Source: Candidatus Latescibacterota bacterium (GTDB taxonomy: Bacteria; Latescibacterota; UBA2968; GCA-2709665). Taken from it: a stretch of DNA of 64,000 bases. The stretch covers positions 5,120,001 through 5,184,000 of the forward strand of contig OZ250150.1 in assembly GCA_965237675.1 (NCBI GenBank). Reading direction: 5' to 3'. The position numbers were made by a program, and so were the translations under genes. The notes below the pieces were generated by a model, which saw nothing but the letters and a program-made list of their open reading frames with translations, was not told the origin of the DNA and made no database searches. Below are positions 1 through 10,406 of this stretch, piece by piece (positions within the stretch are counted from its first letter, which is position 1; the number at the start of each line of letters is the position of its first letter).

Positions 1-3000
1 CGAATCCATAACCCGCTTTAAGATCCCTGAGTTCAAAACCGCCGAGCCGCGCTTCCCAGGGCTGGAAACTGTCCCGATTGAACGCACTACCTACATCCAT
101 GAACAGTTCGCCCTGGACATTCTGAAACAAGAGCGGCAGCGGCCAACCCATGGCTAACTGTCGTATTAACGGAAAGCGAAAGGCGACGTTGGCCAACAGG
201 TAAGAATCCCCGGCCATCTCGAACACGTCGGCACCGCGCAGGGGCCAGACATAGCTGGAGAAAAAGACGCGGTCCAGATCCACCGGCGCGAACGTGGCGA
301 AATTCGGATTGATCGAATTGTTGACCCCGCCGAGGAAAAAGACCTGCCGGTTGCGCCCGAAACTGGATCCACCGGACATTCGGATTGCAAGCGTGTACTC
401 GTCAAGCATGGGAACGTATTTGCGGTAGTCGCCCTGAACCGTTCCGTAACGCATACCGGCCCAACTGCCCCTGGCGGACAACCTCGCGCGGCGGCCCTTC
501 ATTGGCCCGAAGAGGGAGTATAACGCATTATCATCCACAAAATCCAGGCTGCTGATTACGGCCCGCCTGCTGGAAACCGGCGTACCGGACCCCCGGATGA
601 CGCTACCCGTGTATCCGGCGCTGACATATTGATTTTGAAAATAACCCAGGTTTTCGCGCGAAATATTGATCGCCTGCGTGCTGAATTCAAGCCGCGTAAA
701 TCGATTGAATGGCCGTTGGAAAACAACGCCGCCACCGTAGATCCGATCCGCGACCACCTGCCCGTTTGATATAAAAAAGCTTCGGGTATGTAGTGCGCTG
801 AGGTAGTAATTGGTCTGGTGTTTAAGATTCTGGTAGCCGAGGAAGAGGTCGCTGTCTTTCAGGGAGAAGCTGAGCCCTGTCTGAACGATGACGCGGTGGT
901 CGCCCATCACGTCCGTCAGCGACAGCTGAACCAGGCTGTTGACGCCGTAGAAGGTGTCGAAGCCGGCGTTGGCCCCGAAGAATTCCGGTTTGAGTTCGAC
1001 GCTGTATTTGTTCACCTTGAACTCTTTGCTCCAGTCGCGCAGCGTCAGTTCTCTGTCGTCGTCCGTCTCCAGGGTGTCGGCCTGTGCGTCCTCGTCGCCG
1101 GTGGCGCCGCGGGCTTCGGCTGCTGCCAGCGCCATCTGATCGGACATCCACGTCTCCACCTTCCGGTCTGCCACCGCCACCGCCACCGTATCCTGTTCCG
1201 CGGGGGTACCCGTGCTGTCGGGTTCCGCGGCTGCCGCCGTCCGTTCTTCCCTGTGTTCCTCTCGCAGTTCCACGAACGGGCGGTCCTCAATCCCCGCCAG
1301 GCGCTTCGCGTAACGCGTCAGCGGCAGGTCCTCCAGCCCACGCCTCTGCTTCAGCGGGTCCTTCATCACGAAGATGTCGTAACCCCCCCGATGAAACGTC
1401 GTAAAAACCAGCTTCTTCCCGTCGGCCGACCAGTCGATATACCGCGCGCCCGACAACAGATTGCTGATGGGATACACCTGCGAGCCGTCCACGTGCGCGA
1501 TGTAGATGTTGCCCACCCCCGTCCTGTCCGACACAAACGCCAGCTTCTGCGAGTCCGGCCCCCACGTGGGATGGCTGTCGTTCACCTCGCTTTCCACCAC
1601 CCGGCGAATCTCCGTTCCATCCCGGCGGATCACGAACACATCATACGTGCCGAACACGAAGTCCTTCGAGCCGTCATACGACAGATCCGCCGTCGGTCGG
1701 TCCGAACTGATCGCGATCCACTCCCCGTCCGGCGACCAGTCCAGGTGCTTCTCGTCATACGGATCCCGCGTCATCCGGCGCAGCGACTCGTCCTCCACGT
1801 TCACGATATACACGTCCGACCAGCCGTCCTTCAACCCCACGATCGCGACCTCTTTCCCGTCAGGCGACCACGTGGGCTCGAACAACCCGTCCAGATCGAA
1901 CTTGAAACGCTTCGTCACACGCTTCTTCCTCACATCCAGCGTATACAACGTGTTCTTGTTCCGCGACTTCGCCGCAAACGCGATCTGCTTGCCGTCGGGC
2001 GACCACGTGATGCCCGGTCGCAGCACAAACAATCCCTCGAAGTCCGACGAACGCTCCCCCTCCACCAACCGTCCCAGATCCTGACCGTCGATCGCCGACA
2101 TCAGGTAGATGTCGAACGTCCCCTGACGCTCCGTCACATACGCGATCTTGTCGCCCTGCGGTGAAAACGACGGCGCGATATTGTAAAACCCGCGACCCGC
2201 CGATGCCTCCGTCAACTGCTTCGCTACCTCCTCCGACGGGTGGTGCAGGTTGATCTCGTTCCAATACTGACGTTTCAACCACAACTGCCACTTCTCGTCC
2301 AACGCTTCCACGCCCTCGCCCACCGACGCCTTCAGCGCCTTGTCCACCGCGCGTGCGGAACGAAACGACGAGATAAACTCCGCTACCTTGTCCCTGCCAT
2401 ACTCCTCCTCGATCATCACGAATACCGACTGACCACCCTTATACGCAAACGCTCCGCTCAACGCCATCATCCCAGGCACATATCCCGCAATCGTCGCGTG
2501 ACGCATGAAATTGTCACCCTCACTGTCCCACCCACCCTGCGATAAATACTCCGCTACCCCCTCCGCAATCCACAATGGCGGCAACGTCGCCGCCTGCGTC
2601 ATCATCGCCCCCAGCCACCCGCCGCCCGTCCACATCTCCAGCGTCACCACGTGCGCCAACTCGTGATGGATTACGTGACGGAAATCGCCATACGACCCCG
2701 TATACGGGATCACCACCCGTCCCTGCGCAAACTCCGTAAAACCGCCCGTGAACTCCGACTGCTCCACCTGCGCGATGTTCGTCACCGAAAATCCGTTGTG
2801 CGAGTTGTAGATCACAATCGGATATCGGTCCTTCAACGTATACTTCAGATCCTTCTCCAGCCGCACCAGCGCACGCTCCGCCTCCTTCGCCGCAAACTCC
2901 GCCACAGGCTGCGACGCCTTGTCGAAATAAATCTTGAAATGCTCCGTCTCCAGATAGTGCCAGTCGTAATCGTCATACGTTACCTTGTTCTTGCCGAAAT

Positions 3001-3073
3001 ACTCCTGTCCGAACGCGATACCATACGTGAATAATGTGATGCAAATCGTTGACACCAAATTGCGGCTGATCAT
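1..3073 (-). CDS. Omp85/BamA-family outer membrane protein with N-terminal gluzincin peptidase-like domain and PD40/TolB-like beta-propeller (3' end runs off the window)
   Basis: Hand translation (missing from the ORF track because it is open at the edge). SD AAGGAGG precedes ATG 3073: MISRNLVSTICITLFTYGIAFGQEYFGKNKVTY. Contains HELAH...PPLWIAEGVAEY, repeated W/FSPDG-like motifs, an acidic linker, and a barrel-like C-terminus ...DLKAGYGF. Confidence 0.85.
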   Translation of the reverse strand, partial: MISRNLVSTICITLFTYGIAFGQEYFGKNKVTYDDYDWHYLETEHFKIYFDKASQPVAEFAAKEAERALVRLEKDLKYTLKDRYPIVIYNSHNGFSVTNIAQVEQSEFTGGFTEFAQGRVVIPYTGSYGDFRHVIHHELAHVVTLEMWTGGGWLGAMMTQAATLPPLWIAEGVAEYLSQGGWDSEGDNFMRHATIAGYVPGMMALSGAFAYKGGQSVFVMIEEEYGRDKVAEFISSFRSARAVDKALKASVGEGVEALDEKWQLWLKRQYWNEINLHHPSEEVAKQLTEASAGRGFYNIAPSFSPQGDKIAYVTERQGTFDIYLMSAIDGQDLGRLVEGERSSDFEGLFVLRPGITWSPDGKQIAFAAKSRNKNTLYTLDVRKKRVTKRFKFDLDGLFEPTWSPDGKEVAIVGLKDGWSDVYIVNVEDESLRRMTRDPYDEKHLDWSPDGEWIAISSDRPTADLSYDGSKDFVFGTYDVFVIRRDGTEIRRVVESEVNDSHPTWGPDSQKLAFVSDRTGVGNIYIAHVDGSQVYPISNLLSGARYIDWSADGKKLVFTTFHRGGYDIFVMKDPLKQRRGLEDLPLTRYAKRLAGIEDRPFVELREEHREERTAAAAEPDSTGTPAEQDTVAVAVADRKVETWMSDQMALAAAEARGATGDEDAQADTLETDDDRELTLRDWSKEFKVNKYSVELKPEFFGANAGFDTFYGVNSLVQLSLTDVMGDHRVIVQTGLSFSLKDSDLFLGYQNLKHQTNYYLSALHTRSFFISNGQVVADRIYGGGVVFQRPFNRFTRLEFSTQAINISRENLGYFQNQYVSAGYTGSVIRGSGTPVSSRRAVISSLDFVDDNALYSLFGPMKGRRARLSARGSWAGMRYGTVQGDYRKYVPMLDEYTLAIRMSGGSSFGRNRQVFFLGGVNNSINPNFATFAPVDLDRVFFSSYVWPLRGADVFEMAGDSYLLANVAFRFPLIRQLAMGWPLPLLFQNVQGELFMDVGSAFNRDSFQPWEARLGGFELRDLKAGYGF

Positions 3074-3610
3074 AATCGACCTCCTTGCAAGTGCCGGAGT
3101 TGCAGCGTGCACTCCCTCCATTTGGCTTCACGTGCCGATGGGCGTGGCGCGACCCGTTCGATCTGTGTCCGATGGCGTATTTTTCGATCTTCCAAGGGCG
3201 ATGGGGTGGGGGTCGGCCGCCGGGATTTTACCGCCCCCACCCCTGCTCCCGCACTATTTCTGCGGGAAAAACGCTATTAAAAATTCGGTCGTTATCTGGT
3301 TCACAAGGAAATCCCGTTCCACCCGTCACTCTACATCATTTAGAACGTCGGTGGTACCAAATCGTTCCCCCAATTTTTCCAATGACATCCACTCTCACTT
3401 ACATATATTAGCTGTAAGGGAAGTCGACATCCACAATCCCCGGTGTACACTGAGTGCCGCATTTCACCGTCACAATTAGGTGGACATCGCCCAACGAGAG
3501 GCGTGAATGGGCAAATCACCGGGCGGATGGACATCGGTTTCCAGAACCGCCCGCCGTCCCGCACCGCTTTTTCGAACGCCCACGTCACCACACGCTGGGA
3601 GACGTTAACG

Positions 3611-4798
3611 ATGCATAAAATCAAAGTCGGCGTCCTCGGCCTGCGGCGGGGCATTGCCCACCTGCGCAACTTTCTGGCTATAGAGCAGGTCGAAGTCGTT
3701 GCCGCCTGCGACCGTTTCCCCTACTACCGGGAACAGGCCCGTTTATTGGTGAAAAGGGTTGGCGCGTCAACCGAACTCCTGGAGGAATACGACGACCTTC
3801 TGGAACGAAAGCCCGATGCCGTCGTCGTTGCCAGCAACGGCAAACTTCAGGTTGAACACGCCTGCATGGCAATGGAAGCGGGCTGCCACGTTCTGTCGGA
3901 AGTGCCAGGTGCAGACACGGAACACGAACTGGTGCGCCTGAGGGAGGCCGTTGAACGCACGGGCCTGACATATATGCTGGCCGAAAACGCCTGTTACGCC
4001 GGTTTTGTGCCGTACTGGCGCAAGTGGATACTGGAAGATCGCTTCGGACCCATCTCCATCGCCGAAGCCGAATACCTTCACTACCTACCACAGACGCTCT
4101 CCACGTCTGCCGGCATACGCCTTTCGCCAAGCCAGGTGCATTCCGCCGCCGGCGTGGATGCGAAACCCATCTGGCGGGCCGACCAGCCCCCCATCCAGTA
4201 CCTGACCCACGACCTGGGCCCCCTGCTGGAGATTCTGGACGATCGCGCCGTTTCCGTGACCTGCCTCAGCGCCCCCTGGCGCTGCAGGGAAGCGCCTTTG
4301 AGATCGGACGGCCAAATTGCCCTCTTCCAAACGCAGAAGGGCACCCTCATAAAGATCATGGTTACCCTGAACACAGTTCGTCCGTCCGAGCACCGCTATC
4401 GACTTTTCGGAACCGAAGGAAGCACTGAGATGTTTACCTACGAAGAATGCACCCGTTATTTCGATAACAGTTGCAATCACAAAGACGGCTGGCGGGTCCT
4501 GCCCATCAGCCAGGCCGCCGTAGACGACGCCACCGGCGGGCACGGAGGAACAGACCTGAAAGTCGCCCGGCACTTTACGGATACCCTTCTCGAAGACCGA
4601 CCCTCTCCCATTGACGTCTACCGCGCCATCGAGTACGCGCTGCCGGGCGTGATCGCGGCCCGCTCGGCCGAACTGGGCGGCACCCCCATCGCAATTCCAG
4701 ACCTGAGACGAGAACCGCGTCCCGGGACCACCTTTTGGGACTCTTTACAGGTCCCGGAAATCGACCCCCCCTCCACCGCCTATCGACCGTCTGTGTAA
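3611..4798 (+). CDS. Gfo/Idh/MocA family oxidoreductase
   Basis: KVGVLGLRRG Rossmann start, HVLSEVP (EKP-like), YLTH and GGHGG motifs. ATG 3611 chosen within ORF 3443..4798. Confidence 0.85.
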   Translation: MHKIKVGVLGLRRGIAHLRNFLAIEQVEVVAACDRFPYYREQARLLVKRVGASTELLEEYDDLLERKPDAVVVASNGKLQVEHACMAMEAGCHVLSEVPGADTEHELVRLREAVERTGLTYMLAENACYAGFVPYWRKWILEDRFGPISIAEAEYLHYLPQTLSTSAGIRLSPSQVHSAAGVDAKPIWRADQPPIQYLTHDLGPLLEILDDRAVSVTCLSAPWRCREAPLRSDGQIALFQTQKGTLIKIMVTLNTVRPSEHRYRLFGTEGSTEMFTYEECTRYFDNSCNHKDGWRVLPISQAAVDDATGGHGGTDLKVARHFTDTLLEDRPSPIDVYRAIEYALPGVIAARSAELGGTPIAIPDLRREPRPGTTFWDSLQVPEIDPPSTAYRPSV

Positions 4799-4861
4799 TC
4801 GATCCGCCTGCATGCGGGCGCGCCGCATCTCCGACTGGTTCTTCACCATCGATTTCTAATA

Positions 4862-6583
4862 ATGATGTACACATCCGTCGAACTTCAACTCCTGAAAAAC
4901 AGGCTGGAATCCATCGTGGACGACATGGCGCTCACCGTCGTGCGCACGGCCTATTCCACCAATCTCAGAAACTCCATGGACTTCTCCACCGGCTTCTGCG
5001 ATCCCAAAGGCCGGCTGGTTGCGCAGGGACTATGCCTGCCCTTGCATCTCGGCAGCCTTCCGGACGGTATCGCCGCCGTCTTGAACCGGTTTGGCAACGC
5101 CATCGATGACGGCGATGTATTTCTACTCAACGATCCGTATGAAGGCGGAACGCACCTGCCGGACATCTACATCTACAAGCCCGTGTTCGTTGACTCCCGA
5201 TTGCTCGGATTCGCTACCGCCATCGCCCATCACACCGATATCGGCGGCCGGGTCGCCGGCGGTAACGCGTGCGACTCCACGGAAATCTATCAGGAAGGCC
5301 TGCGCATTCCGCCACTCAAACTCTACGTTGCCGGCCGTCCCGTCCAGGCCATCTTCGACATTATCGAACGCAACGTCCGGGTCCCGCGCAACGCTCTGGG
5401 CGACTTGCGCGCCCAGCTATCCGCCTGCCACACTGGTGAAAGAGCGATCGTTGCCCTGGCTCACGAACAGGGTTTCGACCGCCTCCAGAGCGGATTTTCC
5501 CAACTTCTGGACTACTCCGAACGCCTCACCCGGGCGGAAATCGCCGCGTTGCCGGACGGGCGCTTCAGTTTCACCGACATTCTCGACGACGACGGTATCG
5601 ACCCAGGCCCCATCCCGATCGCCGTCGCAATCCAGGTCGCGGGCAATGCGCTGTCCGTAGACTTCACCGGCACTGCTCCCCAGGTTAAGGGGGCTATCAA
5701 CTCCGTCGCTTCATTCACCAGGTCGGCGGTGTACGCCTGTCTACGCTGCCTCATGCGCGCGGACATCCCCACCAATTCCGGCTTCTTCCGGGCCGTTGAC
5801 ATCTATGTCCCTCCGGCCACGATTGCCAACCCGGTGCCGCCCGCGCCGGTGGCCGCCCGAGGCCTCACGGGTTTTCGATTGGCCAATGCGATTATGGGCG
5901 CCCTCGCACAATTGGCGCCGCATATCGTTCCCGCCTGTGAAGTCGGAGGAGACACGGGTATTTCGATTGGTGGATACCGCGCGGACCGTACCCCTTTTGT
6001 CTTTCTCGAGTTCCTCTTCTGCGGTTGGGGGGGTCGCCCGGACCGGGACGGAATTGACGGCTGCGCGAGTATTGTCGTCAATTTCTCCAACAACCCCGCG
6101 GAAGTTATCGAAGCAGAATATCCTCTCCAGATCCTCGAATACGGATTCCTGCCCGACACCGGCGGGTCGGGCAAATATCGCGGTTCGTGCTCGATTGTAC
6201 GCGAATACCGTTTTACGGAGACACAGGCGACCCTGCAGATCCGCTCAGACCGCCACAACTCCCGTCCCTACGGTCTGTGCGGCGGTCAGCCGGGATCGCC
6301 ATCCAAAAACATCCTGAACCCGAACACCGAGGCTCGAGTGTTGCCCGCGAAGACGTTGCTCACCCTCAACAGAGGCGACATCCTGCGGCACGTGCTGGCG
6401 GGCGCCGGCGGCTGGGGCAATCCGCTTGAACGCGATCCCCAACGCGTCCTTGACGACGTCAGAAACGGGAAAGTCTCAATCCGGTCCGCCGAACAGGACT
6501 ACGGTGTCGCTATCGACCCGGACACGGGAAACATCGACACTGCGCGCACGGACCGGCTCCGGTCCCGTTCCGAGGAAAAATAA
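4862..6583 (+). CDS. Hydantoinase B / oxoprolinase family subunit
   Basis: Motifs DFSTG, NDPYEGGTHLPD, HHTDIGG, EIYQEGLRIPP, GAGGWGNPLERD. Confidence 0.92.
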   Translation: MMYTSVELQLLKNRLESIVDDMALTVVRTAYSTNLRNSMDFSTGFCDPKGRLVAQGLCLPLHLGSLPDGIAAVLNRFGNAIDDGDVFLLNDPYEGGTHLPDIYIYKPVFVDSRLLGFATAIAHHTDIGGRVAGGNACDSTEIYQEGLRIPPLKLYVAGRPVQAIFDIIERNVRVPRNALGDLRAQLSACHTGERAIVALAHEQGFDRLQSGFSQLLDYSERLTRAEIAALPDGRFSFTDILDDDGIDPGPIPIAVAIQVAGNALSVDFTGTAPQVKGAINSVASFTRSAVYACLRCLMRADIPTNSGFFRAVDIYVPPATIANPVPPAPVAARGLTGFRLANAIMGALAQLAPHIVPACEVGGDTGISIGGYRADRTPFVFLEFLFCGWGGRPDRDGIDGCASIVVNFSNNPAEVIEAEYPLQILEYGFLPDTGGSGKYRGSCSIVREYRFTETQATLQIRSDRHNSRPYGLCGGQPGSPSKNILNPNTEARVLPAKTLLTLNRGDILRHVLAGAGGWGNPLERDPQRVLDDVRNGKVSIRSAEQDYGVAIDPDTGNIDTARTDRLRSRSEEK

Positions 6584-6689
6584 AGCCTCAGGTATCCCCT
6601 CCGTGCCGTCGCTGCGTTGTGGACTCATAAGAAAGAGCGATTGCAAGGATCGCCCGCAATTCTAACACGACATTTCACGCCGACAGGGG

Positions 6690-8735
6690 TCATGTCACAT
6701 CAATCACGATATTCCTCCGGTCGTCGAGGTGGACGCGAACATTCGGGGGAACCAGCGTGGTGGCGTCATAGTCCTCCACAATGAACGGCCCCCGTACCGG
6801 CGAATCCCCCAGGTAACGCCGGGGCAAAACAGGCGTCTCGATCCATCCCCGACTCTCCCCGAAATACGCGCGCCTGCTGGTCGGTTTTCGGGCGGGTCCT
6901 TCCGGTTCGGCAATGTCCTTACCGTGCGGCAACGACGGCTCCGGCAGAAACGCGCGAATCCTCAAGGTAACGACCTCGACCGAGTCCGTCTCCGAGCGGT
7001 GCCCGTATGTTCGCTCGTGTTCCGCTTCAAACGCGTCCTGGAGAGCCGCCAGCGTGCCGTTGTTCCACCTCCCTTCTGGAGCCCTGATCGCCAGTTCGCA
7101 GGACTGTCCTGTATACCTCAGATCCACGATTTTCTCAACCGTTGATCCCGGTAATTTTCCTCTGGCTTCGTCAGCCATCCGTTCATAAGCAGACTGAAGT
7201 TCAGCGGGTGCCGTATCCGAAAGTTGCTTTAGACAGGTGCGTGCCAGATCGCACTGCAATCCTGCCGAGACCAGACCGATCGCACTGAAGAGACCGGGCG
7301 CAGGAGGTACCAGCACCCGCCGCATGCCGAGTGCCCTGGCCATCCCGACGGCGTGCAGGGGACCGCTCCCTCCGAAAGCCAGCAACGAATACTCGCGGGG
7401 GTCCCGCCCGCGTTCGGAAGAAACAGCCCGTACTGCCCTAACCATGCGGGCAACCGCGATCCGGTGCGCTCCCAGAGCGGCCTCATCCTCCCCCAGATCC
7501 ATCCTTGACGCAATCCATTCTCGCATTGCGCTACGGGCCAGCGCAACGTCCAGAGGCAAGTGACTGCCGGCCGGGCCTTCGGGATTCAGGTATCCCAGCA
7601 GCAAATTGGCGTCGGTCAGCGTGGGCCTGTTCCCCCCGCGCCGATAGCAGACTGGACCGGGATCCGCTCCAGCGCTGGCCGGCCCCACCTGAAGCGCTCC
7701 GCCGCCATCCACGTGCAAAATGCTCCCGCCACCCGCTCCGATTTCGGCCAGATCTATACATGGGACCCGGACCGGGTATCCGCCACCCCCCATCAACCTT
7801 CCCGCAACGGACAGACCGCCGCCGACCTCGTAGTCCGAGATCCGGGAAATACGCCCATCCTCGATGAGTGCCGCCTTTGCCGTCGTCCCGCCCATATCGA
7901 ACGCAATCAGATCGTCGCAACCGATGCGGCGCCCCATCGCCGCGGCTGCAACCACACCCGCGGCTGGCCCGGATTCGAGAATCTGCACAGGGCGCTCGAC
8001 CGCGGTTCTTGCCTCGGTGACACCTCCCGCCGACTGCATGATCCGCAAAGGCGCATCGATACCCAGTGCCTGGAGACGCGCACGAAGATCAGTCAGGTAG
8101 CTCCGTACCACCGGCAGCACGTAAGCGTTTACCACCGTGGTACTGGTCCGTTCGTATTCCTTGATCTCAGGCAAAACTTCCGACGAAAGCGTCACGGCCC
8201 ACCCCCCGGCCTCACGCAGCATCTCTCCTATCCTGATTTCGTGGCTCGGATTCACATACGCATTGAGCAGGCACACGGCAACGGATACCACCCGCCCCTG
8301 GACGAGCCGTTCGATCGCAAGATGAACACTCTCCTCGTCCAGCGCTTCCAGCACGGCGCCGTCGGCGCCAATCCGTTCGTTCACCTCCAGACGGAGATAC
8401 CGGGGCACAAGTGGCTCTGGCTTCTCCCAGGAAAGATCGTACAAACGGGGCATCCGCAACCGCCCGATCTCGAGTACGTCGCGAAAACCCCTTGTTGTAA
8501 TCAGACCGGTGCGCGCGCCCGAGCCACTGAGTACGGCATTGGTTGCCACGGTCGTGCCATGAATGACCTCCGTCACCTCCGCCCACGATCCCTTTACAAC
8601 GCGACTCACTCCGTCTACAATGGCCCCCCCGTAGTCTTCGGGCGTAGAGGGCAGCTTGCACAGTGTCACGCGGCCGTCCTCTCCTACCGCAACGACGTCT
8701 GTAAAAGTGCCGCCGATATCGATGCCAATACGCAT
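6690..8735 (-). CDS. Hydantoinase A / oxoprolinase family ATP-binding subunit
   Basis: Motifs IGIDIGGTFTD, HGTTVATN, ESGPAAGV, DMGGTT, GAGGGS, SAGADPGP. Start at ATG 8735. Confidence 0.92.
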   Translation of the reverse strand: MRIGIDIGGTFTDVVAVGEDGRVTLCKLPSTPEDYGGAIVDGVSRVVKGSWAEVTEVIHGTTVATNAVLSGSGARTGLITTRGFRDVLEIGRLRMPRLYDLSWEKPEPLVPRYLRLEVNERIGADGAVLEALDEESVHLAIERLVQGRVVSVAVCLLNAYVNPSHEIRIGEMLREAGGWAVTLSSEVLPEIKEYERTSTTVVNAYVLPVVRSYLTDLRARLQALGIDAPLRIMQSAGGVTEARTAVERPVQILESGPAAGVVAAAAMGRRIGCDDLIAFDMGGTTAKAALIEDGRISRISDYEVGGGLSVAGRLMGGGGYPVRVPCIDLAEIGAGGGSILHVDGGGALQVGPASAGADPGPVCYRRGGNRPTLTDANLLLGYLNPEGPAGSHLPLDVALARSAMREWIASRMDLGEDEAALGAHRIAVARMVRAVRAVSSERGRDPREYSLLAFGGSGPLHAVGMARALGMRRVLVPPAPGLFSAIGLVSAGLQCDLARTCLKQLSDTAPAELQSAYERMADEARGKLPGSTVEKIVDLRYTGQSCELAIRAPEGRWNNGTLAALQDAFEAEHERTYGHRSETDSVEVVTLRIRAFLPEPSLPHGKDIAEPEGPARKPTSRRAYFGESRGWIETPVLPRRYLGDSPVRGPFIVEDYDATTLVPPNVRVHLDDRRNIVIDVT

Positions 8736-8764
8736 AGTCCACCTATTCCGGAAAGCGGATGTTA

Positions 8765-10078
8765 TCAATCCATAAACAGGTACCGGGCGATGAAAATCAC
8801 CGCCAGCAGATCCACCAGAGGATGCACTTCGCCCCCCCGTCTACCCAGACGCTTCACAATGGGAAATGCTATAAAGCCCATCGCAAGACCGTTCGAAATA
8901 CTGAACGTTAACGGCATGGCGATCATCGTCAAGAAGGCCGGCAAAGCATCCGTGACGTCGTGCCACTTCACGTTTGCCACCGATGCCATCATCAGCACGC
9001 CAACCACGATCAGCGCGGGCGCGGTCGCATACGCCGGAATCGCCACCATCAGGGGGGTCAGGAAGAGTGCCAGCAGAAACATACCACCCGTTACCACACT
9101 CGCGAAACCGGTGCGCGCTCCGGCCGAAATACCCGACGCGCTCTCAATATACGTTGTCACGGTCGACGTCCCGAAGAGTGAGCCGAATATCGTACCCAGT
9201 GAATCTGCCAGCAGCGCCCGGTTGGCTCGCGGCAGCCGTCCGCGTTCATCCAGGAACCCCGCTCTGCCTGACACACCCACAAGTGTACCCATTGTGTCGA
9301 ACAAATCCACGAACAGAAATACAAAGACCACACCGATCAACCCGACATCGAACGCAGACGTCAGGTTGACCGCCGCGACACCGAACAACCGCTCCGGCCA
9401 CGACGGTATACTGAAAAGACCCTGAGGTGTGGAAGTCACTCCCGTGATCATACCGAGAACCGCCACGCCCAGCATCCCCACTAATATGGCTCCCTTAATA
9501 CCTCGCGCCAACATCACACCCGTGCCCAGGACGCCCAACAGCGTAAGACCCACGGGCCCACTCCTGATGTCCCCCAGCGCAATCAGCGTTGTCGAATCGG
9601 CCGCAACAATTCCGGCATTCTTTAAACCGATAAACGCGATAAACAGCCCGATGCCGCACGCCGTTGCCTGTTTTATGGCCTCGGGCACCGCGTTGATTAT
9701 GGCCTCCCTGACCCGCATCAACGTCAGCAACGTAAATAGAACGCCGGATGCGAGAACCACGCCCAATGCCAGATCCCAACGCACGCCCATGCCCAGTACC
9801 ACCGAATACGTAAAAAAGGCATTCAATCCCATCCCGGGTGCCAGGGCAAAAGGGTAGTTCGCGGCGATGCCCATGATCAACGTCGCCAGTGCCGCGGAAA
9901 CACAGGTTGCGAACAACAGCTCTCCAAATAGATCCTTACCCAGCGCCTCCGCCAACATTCTCGGATTCACTGCAATTATATAGGCCATCGTCACGAACGA
10001 CGTCAGCCCCCCTATCACCTCTGTCCGGTAGGTTGTGCCCTTCTCTTCAAATCGAAAATACCTCGCAATTGCCTGCAC
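8765..10078 (-). CDS. NCS2/AzgA-family nucleobase (purine) permease
   Basis: Motifs TMAYIIAVNP, LAPGMGLNAFF, FDTMGT, TTYIESASG, GARTG; multi-TM. GTG start after a GGAGAG SD. Confidence 0.92.
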   Translation of the reverse strand: MQAIARYFRFEEKGTTYRTEVIGGLTSFVTMAYIIAVNPRMLAEALGKDLFGELLFATCVSAALATLIMGIAANYPFALAPGMGLNAFFTYSVVLGMGVRWDLALGVVLASGVLFTLLTLMRVREAIINAVPEAIKQATACGIGLFIAFIGLKNAGIVAADSTTLIALGDIRSGPVGLTLLGVLGTGVMLARGIKGAILVGMLGVAVLGMITGVTSTPQGLFSIPSWPERLFGVAAVNLTSAFDVGLIGVVFVFLFVDLFDTMGTLVGVSGRAGFLDERGRLPRANRALLADSLGTIFGSLFGTSTVTTYIESASGISAGARTGFASVVTGGMFLLALFLTPLMVAIPAYATAPALIVVGVLMMASVANVKWHDVTDALPAFLTMIAMPLTFSISNGLAMGFIAFPIVKRLGRRGGEVHPLVDLLAVIFIARYLFMD

Positions 10079-10406
10079 ATCGCTCTCCAAATGAGAATAG
10101 AAACATCGGCGACTCACCGTCTCCAGACGTGGTTTTCTCCGTGTCCAAAGTGTCGCCTCAAGGTTGTCCCCGCATCGGTCGCTCCGCCGTCCGTGCCCTT
10201 CGCCGGCACTGTGTCATCCGTTGATTCGCATATCGGAACACATACTCCGGGCAGTCGGCTTTACGCTTGATTTTGTATGTTACTCATATACATTGTACTT
10301 CAACCGGCAATCTGTCGAACCAGACGATCGCCCGATCTGCCGGTGGCCATCTGCCAACCCTCCAGGACAGCCAATTTCGCTCTTTTTCGAGACCCGGAGC
10401 CAAGGG

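Noticed and set aside
818-2164. 448-aa plus-strand ORF
   Set aside because: Antisense shadow of the GC3-rich Omp85 gene, with no recognisable motifs.
3345-3362. T-box-like GGTGGTACC
   Set aside because: An isolated match with no terminator or amino-acid gene downstream.
7560-9425. 621-aa plus-strand ORF
   Set aside because: Antisense to the hydantoinase A and permease genes, and its composition is not protein-like.
10200-10310. Possible purine riboswitch upstream of the permease (CGTAAA...CCGACT on the minus strand)
   Set aside because: The TATAAT/GATATGG/GTTTCTAC core is missing in the required order.
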